A stretch of 64,000 nt of DNA from Octopus sinensis (GCF_006345805.1 NC_043012.1:4092001-4156000); one strand, 5' to 3'. Counted from the stretch's first letter, positions 1-14,301 are shown. A program made the numbers and translations. The notes: a model not told the origin generated them from the sequence alone.

Positions 1-219
1 ACACTAGCACAGATAGAAAGAAGCAAACTTTGGGAGCAGAACAAGGACCATGAAAGAGAGCAGAAGTACATTGGCAGGAACATAGCTTGTAGCTTAAAGA
101 ATATTTCATGTTTAAGTTGAACTGTTTGTAAAAAACATTCTTGAAACTATAATTCAAACAACAGGCTGAAGGGGAATGGTAAAACACAGAGTTTTTTTCA
201 CCAATCAGTAGTTTCCAGT

Positions 220-261
220 AAAAAAATTTATATATATTATACATACATAAATTTAATTAAA

Positions 262-293
<32 letters not shown>

Positions 294-395
294 TACACAA
301 ACATATGTATTATATATATTTATATATGTGTCACACAAACATATGTATTTATATTATTTAAATATATATATTATACATATAATTCATGTAAATGT

Positions 396-432
<37 letters not shown>

Positions 433-575
433 AAATATATACTATACATATATATTTATACATATAATTTATATATATATACTTACATATAATTTACTTA
501 AATATATACATATAATGTATTTAAATGTATATTATATACACACATATATACATATATGTTAATCATTTAAATAAC
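220..575. repeat. TA-rich low-complexity / microsatellite tract
   Basis: Degenerate (TA)n and TATACA runs. Confidence 0.85.
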
Positions 576-1204
576 ATACATTACTCTGACCAAATGTAAT
601 CTCAAGTTTGTGAATGATATATAAAAACTTTTTCATATAAATTTAAAGCCTTGCTTATGCTGAATCCCAAAATTTGAAAAGGTCACTGGAATATAATAGA
701 AACACATTTGTTAGCGCTATATATATATATATTTTTTTTTATATGAAGATACCTTTTCAAAAATAAGCTCACCAGAAGATATCTGAACTGGTTGTTGTCA
801 TAGTAATGATATGTTACATGAAATAATAAACATTTGTTTGGTTTGTATTGTTTCTTGCCCCAAATCAGATCAAACTAATATAGTGCCTTGTTAGTCCAAG
901 AAACACACAAGCATGGAGTACGTTCCTCAAAAATATTATCCTTGCTGGAATAAATTTAAGCAGTACTCATATTATTTTGCTAAATTATAGTTTGAAAAAT
1001 GCAAATGGCACAAAAAGAAAAAAAAAATCTGTTGCTGCCAAAATTATCTGCTCAAACTCTCCCTCAAGTATTTTGGAGCTCTCTTTCCAACCAAATTAGT
1101 TCAATGGAAAAGATTAAAAACCTTAACTTTTTTTTACTGCAGAAGAAAAAGAAAAAAATTAAAGGGAATTTTAATGTTTAAAAATAAGTTAGTAATTGGA
1201 AAAT

Positions 1205-1272
1205 TACCCCCCAAAAAACAGAACAAACAAACAAGGAACAACTAAATATATTAAATGTTTTCCCCCTTTATT
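1205..1272 (-). terminator. Candidate ABHD17 poly(A) signal (AATAAA plus downstream GU/U-rich element)
   Basis: TTTATT at 1267-1272 (AATAAA on minus), followed about 30 nt downstream on minus by TTGTTCCTTGTTTGTTTGTTCTGTTTTTT. Implies a 3' UTR of about 2.4 kb. Other AATAAA hexamers exist (about 1930, 2047, 3487), so this site is not unique. Confidence 0.35.
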
Positions 1273-3343
1273 TAACAAAATTTTATATATTTTTTTGATA
1301 GTATATGTAGCGCTACTAATTTATACATCAGAAATTATGAAGATATCAATAAAGCTAAGAAAGCCTTGAAAATGTGAATATATTTTGGCTGTAGTGAGTC
1401 AAAGTAAACAAAAGTTTTCATGTAAAACTTTCTATACAGTAAAAAAAACAAAACAAAACATAACAAAAAGTTTAATTTCAGAAGAGCATCAGAAGACTTC
1501 AATTGATTTAAAGAGGTCCAGAAAAAAAAAAGACTTGATTTACAATGAATGGCAGAAGTTAGACAATTTTTTTTTATAATTGGTATTTTCAATCTCAAAT
1601 GAAGGTACAGAGAAAAAGATTTTATAAAACATATCAAAAAGGAAAACAAACAAAAAAAGTAAAACAACTATTTCTGAATAAATAAACCCATGAATCTCAA
1701 CTAAAATAATGATTATTTTGCAGGAGAAAAAAAAAAAAAAAAAAAAATCATCTAAATAGGAAATGCGACCATGACGATGGTTCCTTCTTTTCTTTTAGAG
1801 CAAGGTATTTTTATATTTCATCAATTGTTAGTACTAATACCAAAGAAGAGCTGATAGATATACATACATATACCCACATATGTACACATAAATGTGCATA
1901 CACATGTGCTCATATATACATATATTAATTTATTTATTAATTATGTAATGCATAGGCATACACTGGGCACACAAACAAACATACACACTTTTCATTCTTG
2001 CTTTTTTTCCCCTTCCCACTAAATTGGCGTTTATGAAATGTTTGTTTTATTTGTGTAAACAATGACAAAAGGAGAGAAGAAAAAAAAATATGGATAATTT
2101 GAAGATGCTGATCAGTTAGAAGTTGAAAAACAAATGCCACAATCAAATATAGAGGAAAAAATGGAAACAAAACATCGTGTTTATCATGAATACTAAATAT
2201 ACATACATACACACACATGAATATACATACACATCAGACATACATGTAGACTAAAAGGACAAGTACACCCATTACACGTGTGAAAGTATATCCATGCATA
2301 CACCCACATATATACACAGATATTAACACACTTGCATATTCACAAAATCCCTGTAACTGTCTTGCCGCAAAATGAAGATGCCATTTCACTTCGTGAACAA
2401 GTGGCTTGAATTATACGAAGAAAAACTGAAATCTCAAAGAAAAACATTCATACACACATACTGAATATTGGTACAGTGAAAAATTTGTAGAAAATTCCAA
2501 AGATTATCCATTTGAGTTTCTTGGAATCAACAAACACACAGTTACATAAGTGCATATGGCAAACATACACACACTAGTTACATGACTACAAATATATCCA
2601 TACACACAAAAACATATGTACACTCAATTAATCACAAACCTCTGATCTGACTGATTCAAAAAAACCCTGTCACTTCGTTCACGAATGGTTTGAATTCAGT
2701 AAAGTATTTCACTAAAAAAAAACACATTTATACACACATGCATGCATGCATCTCATCTAAAGTTATGGAATAGAAAACCTCTATAGTGAAACTAATGCAG
2801 AACTTTCAGCCTTATGTATCCTGAATATAGATTCTTCTTTGTACCTATTATTGTAGGTGCACTGAGATATGCATCAACAGATTGGCATTTCCAAGAAAGA
2901 ACAAAGCATACTGACTTGTGTTCGCCAAATCTGATTGAATAATGGTACAGTGAAGATTTTTTGTAAAAAAATCCAAAAAATTCTCTATTTGAGGTGCCTG
3001 GAATGAACATATGCACACAATCATGAGAGCATGACACACACACAGAGATTAATCACACACATTTCATGAGTAGAAGTATATCCATGCATACACTTATAAA
3101 CATACACACACTAACCCTCTCTCTCTCTCATGTGCACAAATCCCTGGGACTCTTGACTAAAAAGAAAAAAAAAAAAGAAAAAGAAAAGACATTGTCACTT
3201 TGTTAGTGACCAGCTTGAATTCTGCAAAGAACTTAAATCTTGAAGAAAAATCATACATACATAACCACACACACAAATATATATCTATGTGTGTGTATGT
3301 GTATAAACATATTTATACACACACAAATATATATGAATGCATA

Positions 3344-3398
<55 letters not shown>

Positions 3399-3693
3399 AC
3401 AAAAGAAAAAGTTCCCTTCATATAATTTCATATAACAATTATTTAGTATACTGAAAGAAGAAAGCATACAGCACTCATACTTAACATTTATTCTCAGTGT
3501 GTATAAAAGTTTCACAACTCAAGTTGTAAGATTTAGGTGAGTAGGTATTTTTTTCTTTTTTTTCTGTTTGTCATTCTGCATTTAGTGATATTTAGTAATC
3601 AGGCAGTTTGTCAAAAGACGAACTGTCTGATAACAAAAGGAAAAAAAAAAAAAAAAAGAATTTAGATTAGCATTGATTTTTTAATAGACAGCA

Positions 3694-3916
3694 CTAATAT
3701 AGATAATCTAGCTCTGTATGAATGAACTGTTTCAGTCTCTCGAGATACTGTCCATAAAGTTCAACATCGTTATGGCCTGCACCTTCTACCCACAAGGGTT
3801 CCACTGCTCTCGGACAGCGTTCATATATAGCAAGGCCATGTGAGAAATCAATCACCTCATCATCGGTGCCGTGGATGACTAAAACTGGAGATGAGATCTT
3901 AGGAACTTTGTCGATG
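3694..3916 (-). CDS. ABHD17: ABHD17 coding exon 2 (terminal, 223 nt, stop TAG at 3694-3696)
   Basis: Not in the ORF track (no ATG). Manual reverse-complement translation after the acceptor ctcttttcttttctttttttccAG gives (AG|C=S)[73 protein letters not shown], with catalytic Asp (GTDDE) and His (AGHND). Phase matches exon 1: 647+223=870 nt, 289 aa. Confidence 0.96.
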
Positions 3917-6900
3917 CTGGAAAAAAAGAAAAGAAAAGAGGATTAAAACATTGCAATACTTTAAAAATAAGAGAACATTTCAATACATAAAAACAAATAT
4001 ATACAGTGGAACATTTTAAGATATATATTATCAACATCATTATTTAAAGTTTGTTATCCATGCTGGCCATGAGTTGAATGGTTAGACAGGATTCAATAAG
4101 CCAGAAGACTTGGATCTTAATATAGGAGCTAAACACAAACACATTTTACAACATTTTAATATACGTTAAAAGTTTTTTTACAGTTTTTTAAATAACCAAA
4201 TATTTGTAGCATATGTCATGTTTTAACTTTCCTCTTTGAAATATACTGACAGTATCAACATGGCAAATTGCAATCTGTCACAAGAAATGAAAAGCACACT
4301 GTACCTGTGGCTCTAGTTACCCAGACACTGTGATTTGGAGATCACCAGTTTCAACGTGCCTACATAAGTTCTGTGACCAAGAGAAAGAAACATTCTCAAT
4401 GGTGAGGTGTTGTTAGAACTGAGTTTGTCAAGTAGGTTCAGCACATCAGTAATAACTCCAGTGGGGTGATGATGACCATCATTGAGCAGATCAAAGTGAC
4501 AGAGTCAACTATCAAAAGAAGGGGCAGTTCAGGTCCAGCAAAACCTAGCTGGGGCAATCATATGGTCTGGTCAAAGTACTTGAAGAAGTTGAAGCCCGTT
4601 GAGAAACCCACAATGATCTTCTATGAGAAGAACTTTGACAAGACCAGAAGGTAAATAGGAGCGACAGGGACAAGTAGCCCCCAAGTCAATACCACAATCT
4701 GCATTGATTTGCTAGACATAGTGGTCAAGCCCTGCATTGTGAAGATGGCCAGGTGGGGAGGATAATGCATGTTCTGGTGGAATTTTTCTTCCTCTCACAT
4801 GACCTTTGTGACCCATAGGTGAACGGCCTAAAATTTTCAAGATTACATGACCTTTGATATGTGACCTCTGAGTTGAACCTCCTGGGCTGCCTTATGGTGC
4901 GAAGAAAGTAACATGGGTATTACAAGAATGTATGAGATCACCTGAGCATACATGCAACTGCTTCAGTGGCTATACTGGGGGCCATCACTGAAGCTGAGCG
5001 CAGTTTTGTTGAATTACCTGTCTTTTCTAATGTATTTTGTTAAATATTTGTGTTGCTTTCCAACAAAATTTGTTTCTTTGTCATGTATCTGTTTTTCCTC
5101 TTTTGTTTCATTCTTGTCTGCATGCTCTACCCTGTAAAACTGAGATTCATCACCACTTTTCATGCCTAAGTTTCCATGGCTGGGCAGGACATTCAGAGGT
5201 AAAGGTTTTCAATTGGATAGTCTTCTTGGTCAAATTGATAGTGTATCATATTTGCTGACTTATAAGACACACTTTTTTAATCCTTAAATGTATAATAAAA
5301 ATAACCCTGCATCAAATGTGACTATTTTATGGATAGGAGACAGTGTAATAGGCCAGGGAGCAGGACGGGTATAAGTCCCACCAGGTACAATAATCGTTAC
5401 TAATAATAAAATTTTGAAAACAAGCCAAATTATCAATGTCTGTTAGCACTGAATTATGAAAAATTGCTTACATTATGTCAACAGTTATGTGGAGAGGTCA
5501 TCTCATTATACCCCTTTCCTCAGCACACATAACCTGATGTACCCGATATGTATCTTACATAATTTAATGAACGTGATACCTTCAAAAAACATTTGTCTTT
5601 GTAAAATGGATGCCCTTCCTAACACCAACCATCCTGCAGAGTTATTTAATATAAATTTGTAGTATCATGCTTTATTATTGTACACTGTTATATCGTATTT
5701 ACATGCACAAAACTGTACATTCACATTGATTTGAATTAATCATGCATTGTCTTGGAGCTTTCAGATTTCAATGAGTGATTATTGATTTTTACAATGAGAT
5801 TGTTAAGTCAGTGTGAGAAAATTTGGGGTCAGATATGACCAGTTTAAGTATCTTTCAGTATGATAAAACATCCTAAATTTGTCTTTTTGCCCGCCACGAA
5901 ATATACTTGTAAAAATGAGTGCATCTTCTATGTCAGTAAATATGGTAACTGAAAACCGATTGAGACTAGCAGTTCACAGTGTCTGCTGACAGTCTGTAAA
6001 GTGTTTATGATTAAATGGTAACAAACCATGAGGTCTTGGGTTTCATCCCATTTACTTAGTATCTTGTCATCTATAATAATCTACAATTTCACTGAAGCCT
6101 TGTGAGTGAAATTTGTTTAAATGCATTTATAATTCAAAGGCAAAATTTTGTCAAACTGAGTCTGCCCGAAGATTACATTAAAGGTTCAACTGTCTGAGGA
6201 ATACTCAGCTACTTATAATTCAACAAGTAGGTAATTCCAATATGTGAACATCTGGAATGCCTAGTGTTGAAATGGACACAAGACCCAGTTAATATTCAAC
6301 TACAAAAGTTATCAAGTACCTCACTGTTGTATGTAACAGAAATGTCTTGGATTGCAGTTCCTAATTTCTTCCCAACTACAGGGAAAATTTCTGATTTTTT
6401 TTTCAGACTTGAAGTTTCCGGAATGAGGACTGAGGTAGCATGAGCTGATAGAACTTTTTGACTCCTATCAATTTTGCTGTACCTTGAAGTTCAGTAGTTG
6501 CCTACATTCTTGCTTCTGCAGACAAATGACCCATTTGCTGTTATACCTAGCTACCACATCTTAGGTCAATGGTACTATCCTTCATTCCATAATCTCCAAC
6601 ACATAATTTAGACATAGACCGGCTTTATGCACAGGAACTTTAAAAATGTACTTCAATGAAGACATGACAGCCCACTCTCTTTCAGCACTATAGACACAAC
6701 TGTTACACATTAGTCAAGGAAAATCTTGTATTATACATTTGTTACACAACAACACAACTAAAACCCTTACAATCACTACATGTACAAACCCTCTTCACAA
6801 CATCTGATGATTTGCCATGGTTGTTTCTTAATTTGGACTGATGTCACTTTTGGTAAGTGGTTAGCACAGCTATACAGTTTACAGCAGATGCAGTGTTCAA

Positions 6901-9189
6901 ATCTCAATGATTGTTACAACCTTTTGTGTTTTCTAACACACTGACCCCCCCCCATATACACACTTGAGATGACTTGGTGGTAAAAGATGCTCAAGATGTT
7001 ACATCTCACAAAATAACAGAAGATTATCTTGATCAGTGATTGGCAACTTTTCCTCAATTGGGGGCCACATTGTACCATTTCCAAGTGGGAAAGGGCTGCA
7101 TGATAAAACACATATGAAATATTACTTGCCTACTTTACACTGGATTTTTTGCTGTTGTTCTTAATTTTATTTGTCTCAGTATTTAGTGCACATACTTGTC
7201 TCTTGTTTACTGTTTTGTGTATGCACTCACTAACTGTTGTCCATTCTATACACTCACGGTCTGTTGTCTGTTCTATGCCCTCACATCCTATCACCATCTA
7301 TTCACCTAATTACAGTTCCTATTCTGCACTCTCTTATCTTCCCATCATCCCTAACACTCACTGGACTACGCTACTTATAACTGAGAAGTACTTGATTTGT
7401 ACATCCTGAACATCTTTCTCTATATCTTCTTCAGTCCTCCTTTGTCTATCCTGCTACTCCTCATGCCACTTTCCTCCCAAATCATGGAGCTTAAGTGGGG
7501 AAGGATTGCACTCTAGTAGCCTGTACCCACTCTCCTTGATTCTCCTGTTACCATGCTCTCTTCAACATTTTATCTTTGGTGTAAATCCTGGCCATTCATC
7601 ACTTCTACATATATAAAGGAATATAGCCATCCATATATTAAGTAGTATAACACTTCATCTCCTCCTTCTCCCTCCCCACTGTCCTTATTGCTGGCTTTCA
7701 GCCCCCCCCCCCAGATACTTTGCTCTTTGCCTCCTATTAATTACCTACTTCTCTTTTATCTCTCCTCCTTCACACACCACTTTACCCACCCATGTGAAAC
7801 ACAGGTGGGTAGTACACTTCTATTGGTCGCTCCTCTATCCCCTTCTCAATAATAAACCTGTGTAACTCTGTTAAGAAGAGTCTTAGACTGATGAACTGTT
7901 CAACCTACGCTGGTATGGCTTGCCAGACTGATGCGCCACATCATTGGGATCCACTTACTTAATCTACCCCATTACTATCATAACTTTGTACCCTCTCTCC
8001 TTCACATCAATCCCTGACATTACTCTTCCTTTTCTCACCTTCACTTCAAACCCCAACACTTTCTTCTGTCATTCTCTCCATTACCATCTTACCACAATAA
8101 ATCCTTTCCTTCTGTCTTATGCACATGCCTTTGCTTAGCAAGCAGCAATGTAACTCCCCAGAGTTGCTGCCACAGAAGTACTCAGAACACACTGTGAGTG
8201 ATTGGTAATTAATTTGAGCAGCAACAATGCAGGGCCTTGAGAGGGCTCTTTAGTTATACTGATGGCAAGGCACCTTCTATACCTTGTCAAACAATCCTAA
8301 CCAAGCCAACACGGAAAACAAATGTATGATGATAATGATGATATAAATTGCCAAAACTAACCCAATGAATAAGTTTCATTTTCAGGATCAGAAAAGACTT
8401 CAGCTGTGACAAATTACTAACTTTCTAGAAACTCAAATGTAACACAATAATTTACAGTAAAAGAGCCTCTAAACAGTAACTCAATCTGCTAGAAATAACA
8501 GGCAAATCTGTCTCAAATCAGACTGTCTAAAAAAATGCATATCACATGATTCCACTAAGTATGAAATAGAATATGGGATGATCACAGCTGGAATGCCTTT
8601 GATCAGATATTTGTTCAGTTAAGATTGACCTGAGGTTAACATCTATGCAATGGTGGAATTGGCACACACAAATACCCAGGGTCCTATAAAGACAGACAGT
8701 GTCCAAAGGTCAAGAGTGCTGACCTTTCTCCCCTATCTTATAAATAAATAAAGATACTGTATATTCTATATAAGGTCATAGATTGAGGAAGACAAATGAC
8801 AGTTACAATAACATTCTGGTGAAATAATAAAATCATATTTATACAAGCACCATAAGAATTGAAGCTGATTAAAATGATGAGAGAGTCTTAAGACAGCAAA
8901 AACTAATTACCAACACATCCCCTGCTTAGTTTCATGTTTAGCTTGATATAACAATAACATGGTGATGAAAAACTAGTTGCTAGCTAGTGACCTTTGAGTC
9001 ATAACTTTTTTTGATTAATTTACAAGCTGTCTAATGAAAACTACAGTTAAATTTTCATAAAATACAGGAAATATCCCAAACTATTTTTTAGATAAGGTAA
9101 TCAGAGGAAGAAGAGAGGCAACGCTCATGGCCCTTTCAAGTTTTCCAGGACTGAGGAGATTGATGTGATTAATTTTTATCTTGTACAAC

Positions 9190-9655
9190 TGCCCTCAGAA
9201 TGCTCAGACCCACCTGGACATCAGACCCCGTCAACAAACACAAAAGTCAGGATCTTTAACACAAATGTGAAGATGGTTCTGCTGTATGCATGTGAAACAT
9301 GATAAATCATAAAGTTCTCCAACAATAAACTCCAACATTTGTAAACAAATGTGTCTGGAACAAACTTTGGGTGAGATGGCAAGACAGAGTCACAAAGTCT
9401 TGTGGGAGCATTAGAACTAGCAACCTATCAAAACCCAGATCAAGAGGAGAAAATGGGGTTGGCTGGGACACACCTTATGGAAACTGGTTTCCAACATTAA
9501 AACTACCAATTGACACCCCAAAGAAAAAAGAAGTGTAGTAGACCAGGCAGCTACACCTGGGACAGCTGCAATCCATTGCCAAAAATCGAAGTAGAGCGAG
9601 GTCTCTTAATGGTGCCCAATGCTCCACATGGAGTTAAAAGGAAGACATTTGCAGG
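9190..9655 (+). mobile_element. Decayed RTE-clade LINE fragment (post-RT C-terminal region)
   Basis: Translates to TKVRIFNTNVKMVLLYACET* and IKRRKWGWLGHTLWK, typical RTE C-terminal motifs, with stops and frameshifts. Confidence 0.75.
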
Positions 9656-12600
9656 TTGGTGTCTTTTGGAAAAACATGAATGATTGATTTAAAAATCATT
9701 AAACTGAGTAATATATAATGTACTTGAAGACAGCTTTAGGTCTATAATTTTTACTTCAAATAAAAAGCACTGGTGGTGGTACCATGTAAAATGCAACCAG
9801 AACACTCTGACTATGGAACATAGTGCAATCCTTGGTCTTGCCTGCCCATGACAAGCTGTCCAACCCATGACAGCATAGAAAACAGATGCTAAATAATGAT
9901 GGCAATGATAAGAGAATGCAATTGATTCCTTTCTTAGGGTTCAACCATCATAACTAGGCAGGAAGATTTGGAGTGTGAAATGCTGCTAGAGTGCTGTAAT
10001 CCTGGTGCATGGGAGGACTGTTGACTGAACTTAATTTAAGCAGGATTATTCACCATAGATAATTGTATGGCTTTTGGGAGGCTATACGCTAGAGTTTGCT
10101 ATCTTTTAAAAATCTATTCATGGTGTTAAATAGTTGACAAATATGTCTACTACAATATAACAATTAGTTTATCTCAGATTTTTAACTGTGGGCTGATATG
10201 GACTGTCAAATTAATAAAGGAATCACAAGAAAAAAGGAAAGCAAAAGAAACCAAAGTTATTTCTCATTAAGCTTTTTCTAGAATGTAGTTAAAATAACGT
10301 AATTAGGACACCATTTAAAATCCCACCACTTTATGTCTATATATATTAAGTTTATGTTGTTCAATATAGAACAACTCAAAATGTTTCATCTTAATGTTAT
10401 TGCTGACCAAACCATTTCATAGACCTCTATTGGTTTGGTCACTCATGTTCTTGGAATAAGAATGGAAGAAAAAATGCTATTTACTAATTAATAGTCCATA
10501 ATTCAATTGTGAATAAGAAAACTTAAATCTAGCTTGGTTTTCTTGCTAAAGAAGTATAACTGAAATGCAAATATAGAGTAGAGTGTTTTTGGATTCTGCA
10601 GAGTGTAAGTGGGGACCCAAGAGTAAAATATTTGGCGCCTCAGTTTACTTTTGCTATGCACTCAAAATGAAACAGGAAGTTGCATGTGATGTGGTAGTGA
10701 TAGTCACTCCTATATTAAATAGTCTTTACAAATTTTATCATTGAATGTTAAATATTACGTGTGTGTCGCTGTCTCAAGGCTGTTGTTGATATAGACTGAT
10801 TATCAACTCAGCTCTTGAGTTGTACAAGAGAAAATAAAAGTGAAAAAATGCTGAAAAGGTAATGTCTTTTATGAAGGAGACAGAAAATTAGAGATGCATT
10901 ATATTGGACATGATGCATATGAACACTGCACCCATAATTCAAGTAATGTCCTAAATACACTGTTTATCCACATAATGTAAGAAGAGCCATGAGAAACATG
11001 TAGAGTAATTACAATTTATGACTTAAGCAGTTCATAGTATTAAACTAGTTGATGAGCATGAGCTGCCAGAAATAGCAGCCAAACTTTTCACAAACCCCAC
11101 TTACCACCTTAAAAAATGGTACATTGAATAATGTAATCCAGACATGCAGATACACTATTTAAGAGAGAGAGAGAAGCTTGAATGTTTTCATTGTAGGTCT
11201 GGCTTGATCAAGGCTGAAAACAATAACTTAATTGGTACAAATTACAAATAACTGAATGATGTGAAAATACTCATGGAGATTAATATTACTTTTAATAATG
11301 TTACTTAACCTCCTCCCTCCTCTTTACAATCCTTATCTCATAGTTTGATTTACACTACTGTGTCACTGCCTGGTTGTGACCTTATCTCTACGACAGAACT
11401 GGTCAGTGGATTGTATTAGATCATTCTGCAAAAATGATTAACACTTACAAGGTCACAGTTTTGGGAATGCAATGCTATTTAGTATTAGAAATTTAAGACC
11501 TTTGGTCAAGCAGTCCAATAGCCCAAAACACATAGCTATCGCTTTCAAATTAAAGTTTTAAGTATCAGTTTTCAGGTAAGAGTTTTGAATTTTGTTCAGT
11601 TTTACTGCCACAGCTTTGCATTTGCTCAACGTATATTTGCCTTGTTCATTTTATTCACACTGAAAATAAAAACCATGCATGCTTCAATGGTTTGCATTAA
11701 GTAGGTTATCTGTCTTCAAAAACATGTTTCACATTTCAAGTGAATCTCCCCAAATCTGAAATTTTCTCAGGAATCAAATACAGAGTACTAAAAATAGAAC
11801 AAATATTGTTCTTGGGTTTATGGTTTACTTTCTTCATGCTGATACGAATTAGTTAAGATACTTGAAGTGCTTCTTATGATCTACAGATCTTACTGATCTT
11901 AAATGCATGCTAAAATTCATACTGCATTAGTTCATTTATAAAACAAGCAAGACTTTTATACTTATCAAAAATTAATCTCGGTGACTATTTTTTAAATGTT
12001 TTTATATCCATTTTGAATCCTTGTATCCTATATAATTTTAGCAGTAAAAAATAGAATAAAACTTTCTTCTTGATATATTACATTTCTATACCAGATTCAA
12101 TGCTGTATGTAATACAACATAATTTAACCACTATCTTCCTCTCACTAAAAAACAAAAAGAAATTCACTGTTCCATTTATTATAAGAATTCATTATGTACA
12201 AATATGAGATGGGTATTTAGATTAATTAAAGACCTTACTGTGAAAAATAGCCTAAGTTGTTTATTTTAGAATTTAGGGTCTTCAATTTATTAATTTAAAA
12301 TTAAAGAGATTCTAAAGATTATTTACAAAGAGTTTCAACTCAGAATAGGAGGTGGATAGCATTTATTTATCAGGCTTCTTGAAGTTAACTAATGAGATCG
12401 ATTTTAAATGAACTTTTTGTAGATCTCCAGAGGACAAATACAGGGAAAAAGGAGCTAAAAATCTAATTATGTTAATTTATCAGTTTTATCAAACTTTTCT
12501 AAGATTATAAGGGGTTAAATGAAAATGCTGATTTAGAGATTAAAATTGTTATATTGAATAATTTCATTTAAAGTTATTTTGTGACAGCAGATTCTTATTA

Positions 12601-13562
12601 TGATATAGTGAATTAACAAAAGTTGTTTATATCTTTGGTTATTTTGTTCTTGGCTTTGATAGTGTTCTTTGATATTCTTTAGTATACCTATCAAAGGTAA
12701 CACATCTAGCTACCATTCTGTATGAACACACAGTCCTGCCTAGGGCTGTGTAATATCTAATTAAACATTTCTAGGTAACAAGTTTTTCTATGATGCAACT
12801 CATTTAATTCTTTTACTTTTTCATGATGTTTTATACTCAGCATTTTTCTCATACTCCCATTGTACTCAGCACATTTCGTCCCAGCCCAAATTAATCTTAG
12901 TGGTAGAAATGGAAGAAGCTAATTTATATTGTGCTTCTCAGAGAAGAAACATAAGCAAAAATAAGACTCGTTTTAATTAAGCCCAAATTTAAGTCATACT
13001 GATTACTTAAAAACAAAGCCTAACATTTGAAGAAGGAAAACGAATTGGTGACACTCATCCATTTCTCAGAGAACATGTACACGAAATGGCTTCACTTTGT
13101 TATTAATTTACTTATTCAAAGTTTGCCATCCAATTCTATCAATAATTATTAATAACATTCAGAGATTTGCTTTAATTATTGCTAAAAGGAGATAAATTAT
13201 GAACCTATCGAGTAATGATGCAGTTATTTCTAACAAATGTCTGCGATTAGTGTCAGTCTGAAATCATTAATGGAAAAATAGTACTAATGAATCACTAGAG
13301 ATATATGATAGTACCAAATAAATTTGAACTTGTATTTCTAGACTACTGTAGACAAGTAGTTGAGCTAAGTTACTGAAGGAAAAAAAAAACTTTATATGAT
13401 AAATATTTTAAAGAAAAAATTATTAAAAACAATTAAACAAAATTTGATTTAATGAGATCATGCCACAAAAATCAATGAGGTTTCTTAAACTGTCTACTTC
13501 TATACTACAGATATGTAATTGAAGTGTTTCAATTTTTAGAGAGCTATAAATTTAATGTAAAA

Positions 13563-14301
13563 TATGGTCGTGTGTTATGTATGGATGAGGACAGCTGTGT
13601 GAGGAAGTGCTACACCCTAACAGTGGAAGGAACCTGTGCAAGAGGTAGACCCAGGAAGACATGGGACGAAGTGGTGAAGCATGACCTTCAAACGTTGGGC
13701 CTCACAGAGGCAATGACAAGAGACCAAGATCTTTGGAGATATGCTGTGATTGAAAAGACCCAGCAACTAAAGTGAGATCACAGCCATGGCTGATGCCAGT
13801 GTTGCATGTCCAGCCCATTGAAAAGTACCCTTGATGCAATCAGGCAACATGATATGCTTGAGAAGACCTGTTAAATAAAACCAAAATTGTAGCTGTAGCC
13901 AGTACTCCCTGACTGGCTCCTGTGCCTGTGACATGTAAAAAGCACCATCCGAACATGGTCGATGTCAGTGGTGCCTGACTGGCTCCCATGCCGGTGGCAC
14001 TTAAAAAGCACCATCTGAATGTGGCTGATGCCAGTACCCCCTGACTGGCTCCCATGCCAGTGGCATGTAAAAAGCACTATCTGAATGTCATCGATGCCAA
14101 TGCTGCCTGACTGGATCCTGTGCCAGTGGCATGTAAAATGCATGCACTAAACTCTTGGAGTGGTTGGCATTAGGAAAGGCATCCAGCTGTAGAAACATTG
14201 CCAGATCAGATTGGAATCTGGTGCAGCCACTGGCTTTCCAGACCTGAGTCAAACCGTCCAACCCATGTCAGGATGGAAAAACGGACATTAAACGATGATG
14301 A
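13563..14301 (+). mobile_element. 5'-truncated RTE LINE (ORF end plus 3' UTR with 66-bp tandem units and (GAT)n tail)
   Basis: ORF 13524-13775 ends RGRPRKTWDEVVKHDLQTLGLTEAMTRDQDLWRYAVIEKT. UTR repeat units start at 13909, 13975, 14041 and 14107. Tail reads ...GACATTAAACGATGATGA. Confidence 0.88.

Noticed and set aside
4280-4860. GC-richer stretch that looks like decayed coding sequence; similar stretches at about 32030-32700, 33400-33900 and 37200-37450
   Set aside because: No diagnostic motif recovered in the frames I translated; probably old TE remnants, but unclassifiable without a search.
6560-7930. Possible Penelope-like element (RCSRCYISQNNRRL; CT-rich 3' region; CTGATGAA)
   Set aside because: Too degraded to support a GIY-YIG or RT assignment by eye.
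13900-14140. Regularly spaced repeats superficially like a CRISPR array
   Set aside because: Eukaryotic context; the whole 66-bp unit repeats with no unique spacers; it is part of a LINE 3' UTR.
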